Program-made: the position numbers and the translations under genes | Assembly: GCA_965203465.1 (NCBI GenBank) | Contig: CBDBCR010000001.1 | Coordinates: 704,001 to 768,000 of the forward strand | Direction: 5' to 3' | Source of the DNA: Nitrosopumilaceae archaeon | Lineage (GTDB): Archaea; Thermoproteota; Nitrososphaeria; Nitrososphaerales; Nitrosopumilaceae | Length of the DNA: 64,000 bases | The notes under the pieces: model-generated | Told to the model about the DNA's origin: nothing | Database searches by the model: none | The model's input: the letters and a program-made list of their open reading frames with translations, nothing else | Shown: positions 1 to 9,871 of the stretch, in pieces | Numbering within the stretch: the first letter of the stretch is position 1 | Layout: each line of letters begins with the position of its first letter

Positions 1-177
1 TCGGCATAGTGCACCGGTGCGCATGGCCCCCGCTGGCACCTAGGGCACAATTCGCACTCCACGTACGCCGCGGCGCGCGTACTGCGGCTACGCGCGCCGC
101 TTTCGAGCGGGCGTTGTCGCTCCCGCCTCCCACGAGAATCCCAAGCCCGGCAGTCTATCAGCCGGGCGCCGCGAGCC

Positions 178-897
178 TCACAGGCACCACGGGGCGTATT
201 CCTTGACGAACTTTATCCAGTCTCCAAAACTCATCCTCTGCGAGCTGTAAACCATCCCCGTGTGGTTTAGTTTCACGTCTGCGACGAAATCCCGACCGTT
301 GATTCTTTGTGTTTTGAAGATCGGCTCGAAATACTGGCATTCTTGGAGCAGCTTGGGGTATTCGGGATCGTCCGTGGCGCACTCTGTCTGGGATACGTAA
401 AAGTCGTTAAACTCTCTGCCCTCGAATTTTTGGAAAAAATGGAACCTTGGCCTGTAGATTTTGTTGGCGTCTTCCTCCAGTATGCCTTCCGTCATTTTTT
501 CAATCTCCTGTTTGGTCAAATATCTCGGTTCGAAGGCGTACTGTTGCGGGTGTAGCAGGGACGCCAGGTATCGGAGCAGCGCGTCCCTGTCCGTCAGGCC
601 AGCCATGATCAAGTACCCCTTCCTGCTGACGCACACGTCGTGGTACGTTATCCGGGGCACGTTCTCTGGCAACTCTCGCTCAGACAGTATTTCATACCAC
701 AGAATGTCGGGGGTTTTGTCCATTTCCGTAAACTTGTACGTGACGTGCCTCTGAACCGGGTCGTCCTTGGACATCCGGATTTTCTGCTTGTGTTCCGGCA
801 CGGCGCTTATCTTGCCGCGTATGGTCTCGAACGTGTGCTGAATTTCCTTCTTGTATTTGTAAATCCTAATGCCCGATTTCGGGCGGTTCTCTGCCAT
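178..897 (-). CDS. hypothetical protein (~239 aa)
   Basis: Lower-GC ORF with natural globular composition. ATG at 897 (MAENRPKSG) lies ~25 bp downstream of a minus-strand GGTTAAAT box (921-928). No recognisable motif. Confidence 0.7.
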   Translation of the reverse strand: MAENRPKSGIRIYKYKKEIQHTFETIRGKISAVPEHKQKIRMSKDDPVQRHVTYKFTEMDKTPDILWYEILSERELPENVPRITYHDVCVSRKGYLIMAGLTDRDALLRYLASLLHPQQYAFEPRYLTKQEIEKMTEGILEEDANKIYRPRFHFFQKFEGREFNDFYVSQTECATDDPEYPKLLQECQYFEPIFKTQRINGRDFVADVKLNHTGMVYSSQRMSFGDWIKFVKEYAPWCL

Positions 898-946
898 GCC
901 CGTGCGGACACCCAAGGCGGATTTAACCCTTTATGCGCGCCGGATC

Positions 947-1051
947 GTATGCACTCACCCCCCCTCCAGCTCGATCGTGCCTAGCGATTAGATCTCGTGT
1001 GTAAGCTCGTGCCTAGCAGAACGAGATTCGTGGGGGGAGCTGAGTGCATAC
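947..1051. mobile_element. 105-bp MITE-like element
   Basis: Terminal inverted repeat GTATGCACTCA (947-957) / TGAGTGCATAC (1041-1051), flanked by a perfect 9-bp direct repeat CGCCGGATC (938-946, 1052-1060). Internal inverted pair ATCTCGT/ACGAGAT and two CGTGCCTAGC copies. Confidence 0.8.
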
Positions 1052-1097
1052 CGCCGGATCCTGCCTCGTGCAACAATAGACGCAACGGGCCGGGCGG

Positions 1098-2492
1098 CTA
1101 GCGCGCCACGGGCGCCTGCTCGAATTCCACCTCTCCCTGGACGATTCCGTATACCTTGCCGCTGATGCCGATCTCGGTCTTTCTGAGGCCCTCCACCAGA
1201 TTCTTCCTGGCGGTCCAGATGGCCCCGTGCTGTTTTTCCTCCCTCGTCTGGAGCGCTTCCAGCTCTTCCCTGGATGCCTGCAGTGAGGCGACGGTGTCTT
1301 GGAACTCCCTGCCCGTCACGTATTCGTACAGCCTGGCTTCCTTTGTGCTCCTGTCCAGCTGAGATTCGGACGCCTTGTGGATGGCTATGATGCCCCTGCG
1401 CAGGGTCGCTGCCACCTCCGTCACGATGGACGGGTGGACTAGCATCACGCCGTCGGCCGAGCCGAGCAGGCGGTTGGGGGACGATTTGGGGAGGGAAGAC
1501 GAGACGATCAGCGAGTATTCGGTGTCGTGCGTGTCCCTGTACTTTTTCGCCTTGGCGATGTCGCGCCGGGTGATCGCGGCCGACGCCTTGTTGTCGTACA
1601 CGATCGGGGTGCCCGGCCGGATGCCTCCTTCCCGTATCTGCTGTATCAGGTCGGAGCTCGACTCGCCGCGCTTTTGCGATCGGAACGTGTCGTCCGGGAA
1701 CGCCCGCCGTAGCGACTGGAGGAGGTTCTCCTCGCCGGCCTCGCCTGCAAGCTCGGGCTGGCGCTGTTCGAGTTGCCTGGACAGCTCTGTTATCTTGTCT
1801 TTGGCCCGCCGGATCTGTACGTCCTTTTCCCGTATCTGCTGGTTTTTGGAATCGAGTTCCACGCCGAGGGACTCGCGCGCGGACGCTTCGGCCGCCGCCC
1901 TGGAATCTGCGACCTGCTTTTTCAGTCCGCGCAGCTCCTTGTCCCGCTCCCGGATCTCGTCAGAGTGCCTCTTGGCGGCGTATTTTGCGTCCTGATCCAG
2001 GCGCTTTTTCAGGCCCGCGATCTCGCGCTCGTGCCGCTTTCTGGTCTTCCGCTCCGCGGATGACAGCGACGCCCTTTTCTCGCGCTCGAGTCTGCCGATC
2101 CGCAGTTTGAGCGACTTTGCTTCGGCCCCCGCGTCCCGCAGCGCCCTCGCCTCGGACTGCTTGTGCCGCTTTTGCTCCTCTCTGATCTCTTTTTTGTGCT
2201 CTGCCGTCAGCCTCTTCTGCCGCTCGGAAAGCATCTCGCTCATCTCCTTGCGGACGGATTCGACTTGATCCTCGTGCGCCGATTTGCGGCTTTCCGCCTC
2301 GCGCTCGTGCTGCGCGCGCATCTCGGACAACTCGCGCTCGTGCTTGGCGAGCGCGGCTTTGAGCTGGGCGTCCGCCCGCGTCCCGGCCTCCGCCGCCAGC
2401 CGGCTTCGCGCCCTCTCGTAGTCGCCGCGCGCCAGCGGGTTGTCGCACAGGGGACACTTCATCTTGGCTGCCTCGTCGGCTCCGATGGCCAC
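1098..2492 (-). CDS. DUF2130-family protein (N-terminal CxxC, long coiled coil, C-terminal nuclease-like domain)
   Basis: CPLC, then ~230 aa of coiled coil, then GEAGEENLLQSLRRAFPDD...SSDLIQQI...IVYDNK, which resembles DUF2130. TTTATA box ~22 bp upstream of GTG 2492. Confidence 0.75.
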   Translation of the reverse strand: MAIGADEAAKMKCPLCDNPLARGDYERARSRLAAEAGTRADAQLKAALAKHERELSEMRAQHEREAESRKSAHEDQVESVRKEMSEMLSERQKRLTAEHKKEIREEQKRHKQSEARALRDAGAEAKSLKLRIGRLEREKRASLSSAERKTRKRHEREIAGLKKRLDQDAKYAAKRHSDEIRERDKELRGLKKQVADSRAAAEASARESLGVELDSKNQQIREKDVQIRRAKDKITELSRQLEQRQPELAGEAGEENLLQSLRRAFPDDTFRSQKRGESSSDLIQQIREGGIRPGTPIVYDNKASAAITRRDIAKAKKYRDTHDTEYSLIVSSSLPKSSPNRLLGSADGVMLVHPSIVTEVAATLRRGIIAIHKASESQLDRSTKEARLYEYVTGREFQDTVASLQASREELEALQTREEKQHGAIWTARKNLVEGLRKTEIGISGKVYGIVQGEVEFEQAPVAR

Positions 2493-3060
2493 GGAGCCCC
2501 GCTCCGGCGGGCGTATAAAAATATGGCTTCCTGTTCAGTCAACTCTGGGTTGGTATCCGCTAGCCCCCTCCGCCCCGCACCCGAGGAACTGCCCACAGCG
2601 CGCCAAGCGCGGCAGGGCAGGCGCTGCCGTGCCCCTCCGGCGGACCCCTTTTGTGCCACCTGCCGTCCGGCCACGCCGACCTGTCCGTCGTCCCACGCGC
2701 CGCGTTTTTTTGCGGCACTCGCGCCCTGCATCGAACGCCGATTTACGGGGCGCCGAAAGCTCCCGTACGGGCCGGCCCGGCCGCCACGCTCGCGATCTTG
2801 GCGTCTGCCGCCTAGCGCCCCTCCGTCCCGGAGTCGCGTCGGGACGCTTGTGCCACGGGCGCAGCGCGGCCCCGATCTTGGCCCTCCTCCGAGCCTGCCA
2901 GGCACCGGAACCAGGGAGGGCAGCTTTCGGCGCCTGCCAAGCCGAGCCTGGGCGCGTACCGCAAGCCCGCATAGCGCGCCAAGCTCGTACGTGCGCCCGG
3001 ATCCGCGGCGCTCTTGCGGCGGCGAGCCCGGCGTCTAGCGCAGGATCGATGCTAGGCAGC

Positions 3061-4011
3061 CTAGCGCTTACGCCGGTGCAGGTCGACGATGCACGCGAAG
3101 GGGCTGTCCGTCTGCAGGTCTTCGTACGCGCACTTGTGCTGGGAAAAGTCCGTCACGGCCAGGGCTCCGGGCTCGTGCCTTATGATCTTGGGGCCCTCGG
3201 CCCTTAGCAGGACGCGGCTCGGCTGCGACGTGACGTAAAGGACACAGTCCGGGCACGCGGGCGAAACTACCATCTTGGGCGTAAGCGGGCTTTGCCCGGA
3301 CAGGCCGGGGAAGGGAAATTCGCCTCCGCAGGTCCGGCAGGCTTCTTCAAAGCGCGGGTCGGCCCCCGTCTCGGTGTCCCGGCCTATCAGCGCCGCGGTG
3401 TTTGGCGAGCACGCGGCGTGTGTCGGGGGCAGTTTCAGGCACTTTGTGAATCGGCAGACAAATCTAAAGATCTCGTCCAGCATCCTAGAGTTGGAGCTCT
3501 CGCCGTCCGGGCAGCAGATCCGCTGCGCGTCGCCGTCCGGCGGCTCGGTTCTGGTGAACTTTAGATCGCCGCTAGCGTCCTTGTGGTAGTGGTACGGTAT
3601 GCGTTCTAGCGCGGCCGCGGCGCTCTGTTCCCGTCTGCGCAGGGCGCGCAGTACGTCTGTAGGGGTCTCGGCGTAGGGCGCGTTTTTGGCAAAGCCGATC
3701 GGCACCTTGTACGAGTTCGGGGCGTTTCGGAGGTCGAACCACAGCGTGCCGTATTTGTTGTTTGACTCGTACCGGCCGAGGCGCGGAACCGTCTGGGCCT
3801 CCGGGACGCTGGTGCAGATTTCTTCACTATGCGTCGTCCCGTTTAGATTCAAGGGGCAGAACATGCTATCCAGCGGCGACAGTTTTTGCTGGAGTTTCTG
3901 CACGCCGTCGTACGCCTGGGCGAGTTTCACAAGTGCTGGGCTGTCGCACCCTTGCCGTTCTCGTGGCACGGACGTGTGCTCTCCTGCAATGCACCCGCTT
4001 ATCGTCGGCAT
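3061..4011 (-). CDS. hypothetical protein, possibly derived from an HK97-fold capsid protein
   Basis: ATG 4011 (MPTISGC) starts the plausible coding part of the 448-aa ORF; the upstream part looks like GC-rich intergenic read-through. C-terminal PTHAACSPNTAALI...MVVSPACPDCVLYV...LRAEGP...TDF pattern is weakly capsid-like. Confidence 0.5.
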   Translation of the reverse strand: MPTISGCIAGEHTSVPRERQGCDSPALVKLAQAYDGVQKLQQKLSPLDSMFCPLNLNGTTHSEEICTSVPEAQTVPRLGRYESNNKYGTLWFDLRNAPNSYKVPIGFAKNAPYAETPTDVLRALRRREQSAAAALERIPYHYHKDASGDLKFTRTEPPDGDAQRICCPDGESSNSRMLDEIFRFVCRFTKCLKLPPTHAACSPNTAALIGRDTETGADPRFEEACRTCGGEFPFPGLSGQSPLTPKMVVSPACPDCVLYVTSQPSRVLLRAEGPKIIRHEPGALAVTDFSQHKCAYEDLQTDSPFACIVDLHRRKR

Positions 4012-4515
4012 GTACGTTACCGCAGTGTCCTCAGGCACCGCTAGATCCCTCCAAGACGGTGGCGCCCCTTGCCCGCAACTTGCCGGGTGCAGGGCCGAGC
4101 TTCCGTTTTCGGTCCCGCACGGGCGCCGATCGCCTGCCCAGCTGCGGGGTGCGTATTGAGCATGTTGCCCCCGCCGCCGTCTTGGATATATACCGTACTG
4201 TGCCGTACATGATGGGTCGGCTGGCGCGCCCGGCCGCCCGGACCGGGCCGCATTCGGCGCCGCCTGCGCGCGGGCCCGGCTCTGCTGAATGAAGCAACGG
4301 CGGCCCGAACCGCCACGCTGCGGACAGGCCCGACCGCGGGCGGAAAACGGCCCCTGCCCGAGGTGCGCCCTTGGACGTATGCGGATCAGGCGGCACCCTA
4401 ATGCCATCTATAGCAGGCGGGCCCCCGCGGCGATCGCTTGTCGGGCCCGATCGGGCTGCTTGTGTTAACGATGTTACTCATCTACAGTTTTATAGGCCAA
4501 TACGAATACAAGTGC

Positions 4516-5139
4516 ATGGCAACAATAGAAATTCCACAGCAATCCACGATTCAAAGCGACGTGGGTAAAAAAATACAATTCCGATGTGTAGATTGTGACG
4601 AGATAACAGATGGGACAATTGTTGCATCTTACATAGGCACTGCCAAAGATTCCGGTCCTGAACCCAAGTTCTTTCTCTATCCAAACGTGAGGTTGGTTCG
4701 ATGCAACGTATGCAAGATGAAACGGGCGCTACGGTGGAGCCGCCCCGAAAGCGACGATACGTATTGGGAAAAACCGGACGAGGACGACTATGTCGGTTTG
4801 GCATACAGGGAAGCCCGCTTATGCATATCGCACGATTTACACGCTGCAACAGTCATGGTTTGTAGGAGGCTCATCATGGCGCTTGCCGTAGACTTGGGGG
4901 CGGTGGAAGGGCTCAGCTACAAAAAATACATAGAGTATATTTTAGATACCGATCTTGCTACGTCTATTATCAGTGTTTTGGATCACATACGCGTCCACGG
5001 CAATCACACGAATCACTACCTTGAACCACCGTCTGAAGAAATCGCAGAGGACATATTCATGCTTACTACTGCCTTCCTGCACACAATACGCGAAGAAGCG
5101 ATGAATCGTGATGCCGATCTGTTTTGTTTTGGCGGATAA
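4516..5139 (+). CDS. DUF4145 (HEPN) domain protein with N-terminal Zn ribbon
   Basis: AYREARLC...ATVMVCRRLI...DHIRVHGNHTNH (RxxGNxxxH); CVDC and CNVC pairs; TTTTATA at 4488-4494 before ATG 4516. Confidence 0.8.
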   Translation: MATIEIPQQSTIQSDVGKKIQFRCVDCDEITDGTIVASYIGTAKDSGPEPKFFLYPNVRLVRCNVCKMKRALRWSRPESDDTYWEKPDEDDYVGLAYREARLCISHDLHAATVMVCRRLIMALAVDLGAVEGLSYKKYIEYILDTDLATSIISVLDHIRVHGNHTNHYLEPPSEEIAEDIFMLTTAFLHTIREEAMNRDADLFCFGG

Positions 5140-5279
5140 ACTGTCAACATGCCCGCGTAAAACCTGGGGCCGAATTTCGGGCGGCTCGTCCGGCGGCGCT
5201 TCGATCCGCTCCTTTTCCGCCGATCAGAAGTTTTGCCCGGAAAGCGCCCGAGGCCGCCGCAACCGAGCGCGCGGCCCGC

Positions 5280-7019
5280 CTATTTTGCGGGCGCGCCGCC
5301 TGCGCCCGGATCGGGCTCGAATTCTTTGGGCAGCCGGCCGATTATGCGCTCGGACTCTAGCCCTGCGTGCACCGCCCGTTCGATGACGGCCACGATGTCG
5401 GCGCCCGCGCACGGGTCGTTGCGGATGCCGCTGTCCCTGTCGATCCTGGCCCTGTACCTGGCCACTACCCATTCGAGCGGCGTGCGGCCGTCGACGCGGT
5501 ACGTGGTCCGGGGGACGTTCTCGAACAGGACGGCGCCGTCTGCGCGCACCACGGATGCGTCCCGCCGGTAGCCGCCTTTGGTCCTGCGCCTGCCGAACGA
5601 GAGCTTTGCGAAACCGCGCGGCGGCGACTTTGGCGTTCCGAGATCGTGCCTCTTGCAGGCCTCGAAGTTCAGGTGCAGGCGCGCCAGCCTTTGGCCCGCG
5701 TCTCTGAACGCCTCAAAGTCGGGCGCCATCGGGATGCGGGGCAGCTCGCGCGACAGGCTGCCGGCGAACTTTTCCCTGTAGCCTGCGTGGTGCAGCATGC
5801 CGTAGACGTAATGGAACACGTCCTTTTTGGACAGTCGGCGGCCGTAAAAGCCCCGGTACTCGGACAGGATTCCGTCCGTCACGTTCTCTTTCCTGGATCC
5901 GCTCTCGTAGGCGTAGAGGGGGAAGCACAGGCCGTTGGAGACGAGCTGCATGTCCGGCGCGGCGCCCGTCGCGAGCGCCGAAAAGTCCCCGCCAATCCTG
6001 GAAACGCATATCGCGACGTTTTCCGAGCCGCCCCGCGGGAAGAACGACGGGATCTTCGACATGGCCGAAATAAAGACCCGGTCAAAGTAGGCGTACTGCC
6101 TGAAGAACGGCCGGTACTGCGCCGTCCTTATCTTCCCCCGATCGAGGCACTGCTTTCCCAGCCTCCTTGACGCGGCCGACAGGTCCTCCGACCACTTGCC
6201 CCGGCTCGGATCTGTCCCGGGCTCGCCGGGATCCTGTCCGTTGTAGTATTCTATGTGGCGCTCCATGTTTCTGGCGAGCTCTTTTCTGGAAGAGTTGTAC
6301 ACCCACGCGTCGCGGCGGGTCGCCATTCCGGGCGAATGCGCCTCGAAGATTCCGTCGCGCCGCCTTCCGGACTTTGCGTCGCTCCCCATGGGCGCGTATT
6401 TTCCGAATTCTTGGCCGCGCTGGTCCAGCCAGTCGTGGCGCGCGTCCGGCTTAATTATCCGCCAGCCTCCGATCCCGCCGACGGATCCTGCTTTCCCGAC
6501 AGCGCCCAGTTTTGTTTTGGCAGGCAGCGAGTCCCCGATGTCCTTGTAGCGTATGGCGCGCTCTTGCCTTTGCGGGTTCTTTACGAGCAGAACGACCGCG
6601 ACGGGGACGCGCGATCCGCTGCCGAACACGTTGCCGCCCTCCTTCTTTGAGGCCTCCCCGCGGGTTCTTCGGTTGCCCCGCAGATCGAGGCACCAGATCT
6701 CGTCGAATTCTTCTGCCAGGCAGGCCCTGATGCCCGAGCCCGTCTCGGACCTGATAAAGCTGGAGTTTGTGACGAACGCGACGATCCCGCGCTTTCCCAC
6801 GCGGTCGCTGGCCCATCTGAGGGCCCTTGCGTAAGAGTCGTACAGCCATCTTGAGCCGCGCGTCTTGGTCTTTGCCCCGTACGTGCCCCTGATCCTTTCG
6901 TCGATTTTCGGATATTCGGCGCCCGGGTTTCCGCCGCCACGGGCGCCCCGGCCGCCGTACGGCGGGTTTCCTACCGCGACGCAGATGCCGGATCGCGCCG
7001 CGCCTAATCGGTTGCCCAT
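5280..7019 (-). CDS. Type ISP restriction-modification enzyme, C-terminal part only (MTase motif IV onward plus target-recognition domain), copy 1
   Basis: GNPPY, LYDSYARALRWASDR, LDLRGN, GGNVFGSGSR, YRPFF, FHYVYGMLH, LSRELPRIP, LEWVVARY, SGIRNDP. Nuclease, helicase and the SAM-binding motif I are absent. Confidence 0.85.
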   Translation of the reverse strand: MGNRLGAARSGICVAVGNPPYGGRGARGGGNPGAEYPKIDERIRGTYGAKTKTRGSRWLYDSYARALRWASDRVGKRGIVAFVTNSSFIRSETGSGIRACLAEEFDEIWCLDLRGNRRTRGEASKKEGGNVFGSGSRVPVAVVLLVKNPQRQERAIRYKDIGDSLPAKTKLGAVGKAGSVGGIGGWRIIKPDARHDWLDQRGQEFGKYAPMGSDAKSGRRRDGIFEAHSPGMATRRDAWVYNSSRKELARNMERHIEYYNGQDPGEPGTDPSRGKWSEDLSAASRRLGKQCLDRGKIRTAQYRPFFRQYAYFDRVFISAMSKIPSFFPRGGSENVAICVSRIGGDFSALATGAAPDMQLVSNGLCFPLYAYESGSRKENVTDGILSEYRGFYGRRLSKKDVFHYVYGMLHHAGYREKFAGSLSRELPRIPMAPDFEAFRDAGQRLARLHLNFEACKRHDLGTPKSPPRGFAKLSFGRRRTKGGYRRDASVVRADGAVLFENVPRTTYRVDGRTPLEWVVARYRARIDRDSGIRNDPCAGADIVAVIERAVHAGLESERIIGRLPKEFEPDPGAGGAPAK

Positions 7020-7077
7020 CTGGAGTTACTGCGCGCTCGCCTATTTTAGGCATGGCGGACAGATCCCGGCCGGTCGC
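5280..7077. repeat. 1.8-kb direct repeat, copy 1 (partner 28701-30498)
   Basis: Near-identical to 28701-30498 from the stop codon to ~58 bp upstream of the ATG, with scattered substitutions. Confidence 0.95.
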
Positions 7078-7249
7078 CCGGCGCCGGCAGCCCGGGGTTG
7101 GACACGCCCCGCCGCGGGTCGCGCGGCACCTCCGCCCTGCACGAAAGACGCGATTCGCGCGGCACGCCGCGGCAAAGGCCGACAGAGAACATATCGCGCC
7201 CCGCCGATCGCGAGGCAAGATTTTTAATCGGTCCTTCGAAAAGGCGGGC

Positions 7250-8026
7250 GTGCCCTATCCGACCAATTCCGCCGACGTCGCGAGGGGGCAGCGCGTCGAG
7301 ATCGAGTCGGGCGGGGGGCACTTTGTAGGAAAAGTCGAATCCGTGCTCACGCCGCACCAGAATTTCCTGGGCGTCAAGGTGCGGCTCGACAACGGCCTGG
7401 TGGGGCGGGTCCGGTCTTTCCCGCAGGCCCGAGACGCCCGCCTGGCGGAAAAGTTTCAAGACGACCGGCGGCGCCCCGAAGACCAAAAGCTGGAGTTCAA
7501 GTCTTCGTTCCTGTTCGATCTAAAGACGTACGAGCGAACGGGGGAGGCAAAGCCGCGCGCGGTGAACGCGCACAGCGTCGCAAAGACCGTCGCGGCCTTT
7601 GCCAATTCGGACGGCGGCACGCTGTACGTGGGAGTCGGCGACGACGGGCAGGTCCTGGGCCTGGAGCGCGACTACCAGATAATAAAGGCGCGCAGGGGCA
7701 AGACGGACATGAAATTCGACAACGGCGAGACCCTCACGCTGGACAGCAACGGCGAGTTCCAAACGACCCTGTACCGCGTCATGCTGCAGCTGTTCCTAGA
7801 CAGATACCACTACTCCGAGGCCGTCAAATTGGAAGTCTTTTCCGCAAGCGGCAGGGACGTGTGCGCCATCACGGTCAGGCCCAGCAAAAGGCCCCTGATA
7901 CTGCGCAGCGGCAAGAAGGGGGGGCCCGAGTTCTACGTCCGGCACACCGACCAGTCCGAACGGTACGACGACATCGCCAGATTCTGCGATTATTGGTGCG
8001 GCCACCTCTGCGGGCTGGCGCCCTAG
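7250..8026 (+). CDS. YwbE/DUF2196-like domain fused to Schlafen/AlbA_2 domain
   Basis: GQRVEI...GKVESVLT...GVKVRLDNGLVGRV (YwbE-like), then EDQKLEFKSS...KTVAAFANSDGGTLYVGVGDDG (AlbA_2). TTTTTAAT box at 7221-7228 favours GTG 7250 over 7052. Confidence 0.8.
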   Translation: MPYPTNSADVARGQRVEIESGGGHFVGKVESVLTPHQNFLGVKVRLDNGLVGRVRSFPQARDARLAEKFQDDRRRPEDQKLEFKSSFLFDLKTYERTGEAKPRAVNAHSVAKTVAAFANSDGGTLYVGVGDDGQVLGLERDYQIIKARRGKTDMKFDNGETLTLDSNGEFQTTLYRVMLQLFLDRYHYSEAVKLEVFSASGRDVCAITVRPSKRPLILRSGKKGGPEFYVRHTDQSERYDDIARFCDYWCGHLCGLAP

Positions 8027-9726
8027 ATCCGGTCGTGCAGCAGCCCGACGATCCTCTCCGTCCTCTCCCCGCCGATGGGCGGCGCCGCCGACTCTGACAG
8101 GTGTTCCGCCGAATCCAGCGCGTAGCCGGCCGCGCCCGATCGCGCGTCCCTGTGCCTTTCGTAATGCGCGCCGAGCAGCCAGTCCAGGTACGGGTGCTCG
8201 CCTCTTGCGGCCTCCAGCGCCCCTCCGGGGCCGATCTTTTCCCTGCAGGTCTTGTTCTTCGCGAGCCTTTTCAGATCGGATCGTACCGGCACCCTGTTCG
8301 CGATGTGGTCCGTCCGCTCGCCCGCCGCGCTCCCTCCGGCCTTCGGCACCAGGTGGTCCAGCGCCCACCCCCCGCCCGGGCCGTAGCGCACCGGCTTGAA
8401 GTCGCCGCCGGCTCCCAGCTCTGGGAGCAGGCACGCGTTGAACATCCTCTTTGTCTTGCCGGCGCTGGATTTTCTGAGGCTGTCTTTGATCCACGCCCTG
8501 CCCACTTTTTCGTCCAGCCGCTCGTCGGTCGGGTTGATCCTGTCCGCGACTGCCTTCATGTCCCGGAGCATCTCCGGGTTCCTTCTGACTATGAGATCGC
8601 CGGCGGCCGCGTCCGCGCGGTTCATGCTGCTGTTGGCTATCCTGCGGTAGAACGCCCGGAGCAGCGCGCGCAAGTCGCCGTCCGTGCTCGCGCTCCCCCC
8701 CAGAAAGTCCGGCAGCTCCCCGCGCTCGCGGTACCTGCGGTAGTAAAACCACACTATTATGGCGAACGGGATGTCCCCGCACTGAAAGTTCTCGTACAGG
8801 TACGGCCACCGCCTGCCCCCGTCCGGCCTGTCCTCGTTGGACGCCTCGTACGCGCCGTCCACGAAGTCGAGGAGATCCGCGACGTCGCCCTTGCCCAGCT
8901 CGTCCCACTTTTCAAACACGGCGGCCCGCTCGCGCATCAGCGCGTCGTACAGGTGCCCCCCGAGGACCTTGGCGGCCCTTATTTTCTGCGACTGGAACAC
9001 CTCGGTGAACCGGTTCTCCGCCTCGCCCACGTCGGCCGGACTCCACCCCGTGGTCTCTGCCTGCTGTATGATCTCGGAGCGCAGCAGATCCACCTCGGTC
9101 AGGTCCATCCCGGTGGAGTTCATGTTGATAAAAGTCTGCGTGTATTCCAGGGGGTTCTTGAACCCGTGGTACGTGTCTATGGCGATCTGCTTTTTCAGGA
9201 ACGTCCGGATCAGCCTGTCGGCCATCGCCTCGGGATCTTCGATCCCCTTGTCGATGATCGACTTTACCGTCTCGCACAGCTGCTTGTAGCTTTCCCGTAT
9301 GCCGCTCCTCGCGCTGTTCCTCAACTCGCCGTCGTTGTGCCTAAAGATCGCCTGCTTGCTCTCGGTCTCTGCCGTCAGCCTCTTGAGGAGTTTTTTCGCG
9401 CCGCCGTCTTTTGGCAGTATCTCGGAGTGCAGGTAGTTGAGTATCGCCGTGGACGCGGCGAACCTCTGCAGCCCGTCCAGCAGGATCAGGGAATCTTCGG
9501 CGGGGGACTGCGCCAGTATGACGGTCCCGAAGAGCACGGCCTTTGATTCCAGAAAGCCCTCGATCGTTTTTTCGTCCCACACGATCCTCCTCTGGTACGG
9601 CGGTATCTTGATCGGGTTCGGATCAAAGTCGTCCACCTCGCCGGGCCATTCCCGCTCCGGCTTTAGGGCGTAGTTTGTGGCGTACTCTACGAATTTGGGG
9701 GTCTTGGTGGGCCTCTCTAGGTTCAC
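8023..9726 (-). CDS. GmrSD-like DUF262 protein with C-terminal HNH-like (DUF1524-type) motif; putative type IV restriction nuclease
   Basis: IPPYQRRIVW, LLDGLQR and FINMNSTG (DUF262 motifs); WALDHLVPK...HIANRV at the C-terminus. GGTATAAG box ~25 bp upstream of GTG 9726. Confidence 0.8.
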   Translation of the reverse strand: MNLERPTKTPKFVEYATNYALKPEREWPGEVDDFDPNPIKIPPYQRRIVWDEKTIEGFLESKAVLFGTVILAQSPAEDSLILLDGLQRFAASTAILNYLHSEILPKDGGAKKLLKRLTAETESKQAIFRHNDGELRNSARSGIRESYKQLCETVKSIIDKGIEDPEAMADRLIRTFLKKQIAIDTYHGFKNPLEYTQTFINMNSTGMDLTEVDLLRSEIIQQAETTGWSPADVGEAENRFTEVFQSQKIRAAKVLGGHLYDALMRERAAVFEKWDELGKGDVADLLDFVDGAYEASNEDRPDGGRRWPYLYENFQCGDIPFAIIVWFYYRRYRERGELPDFLGGSASTDGDLRALLRAFYRRIANSSMNRADAAAGDLIVRRNPEMLRDMKAVADRINPTDERLDEKVGRAWIKDSLRKSSAGKTKRMFNACLLPELGAGGDFKPVRYGPGGGWALDHLVPKAGGSAAGERTDHIANRVPVRSDLKRLAKNKTCREKIGPGGALEAARGEHPYLDWLLGAHYERHRDARSGAAGYALDSAEHLSESAAPPIGGERTERIVGLLHDRI

Positions 9727-9871
9727 GGCGCGGCCCCCGGCCGGCCCCACTTATACCTACGACGCGGCGCGCCGGGCCGCTTCCTGATCCTGCCCGGGCG
9801 CTTCGCCGATGTCACGCTAAATGTCACGGTTCGTGCCTGCGAACCGGGCGTTTTCCCTTTCCGGAAAGCGG

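Noticed and set aside
2163-3060. Several long overlapping ORFs in GC-rich intergenic DNA (also 23926-24440, 38770-39260, 46240-46760)
   Set aside because: Arg/Pro/Ala/Gly-rich translations without motifs are expected by chance at this GC content.
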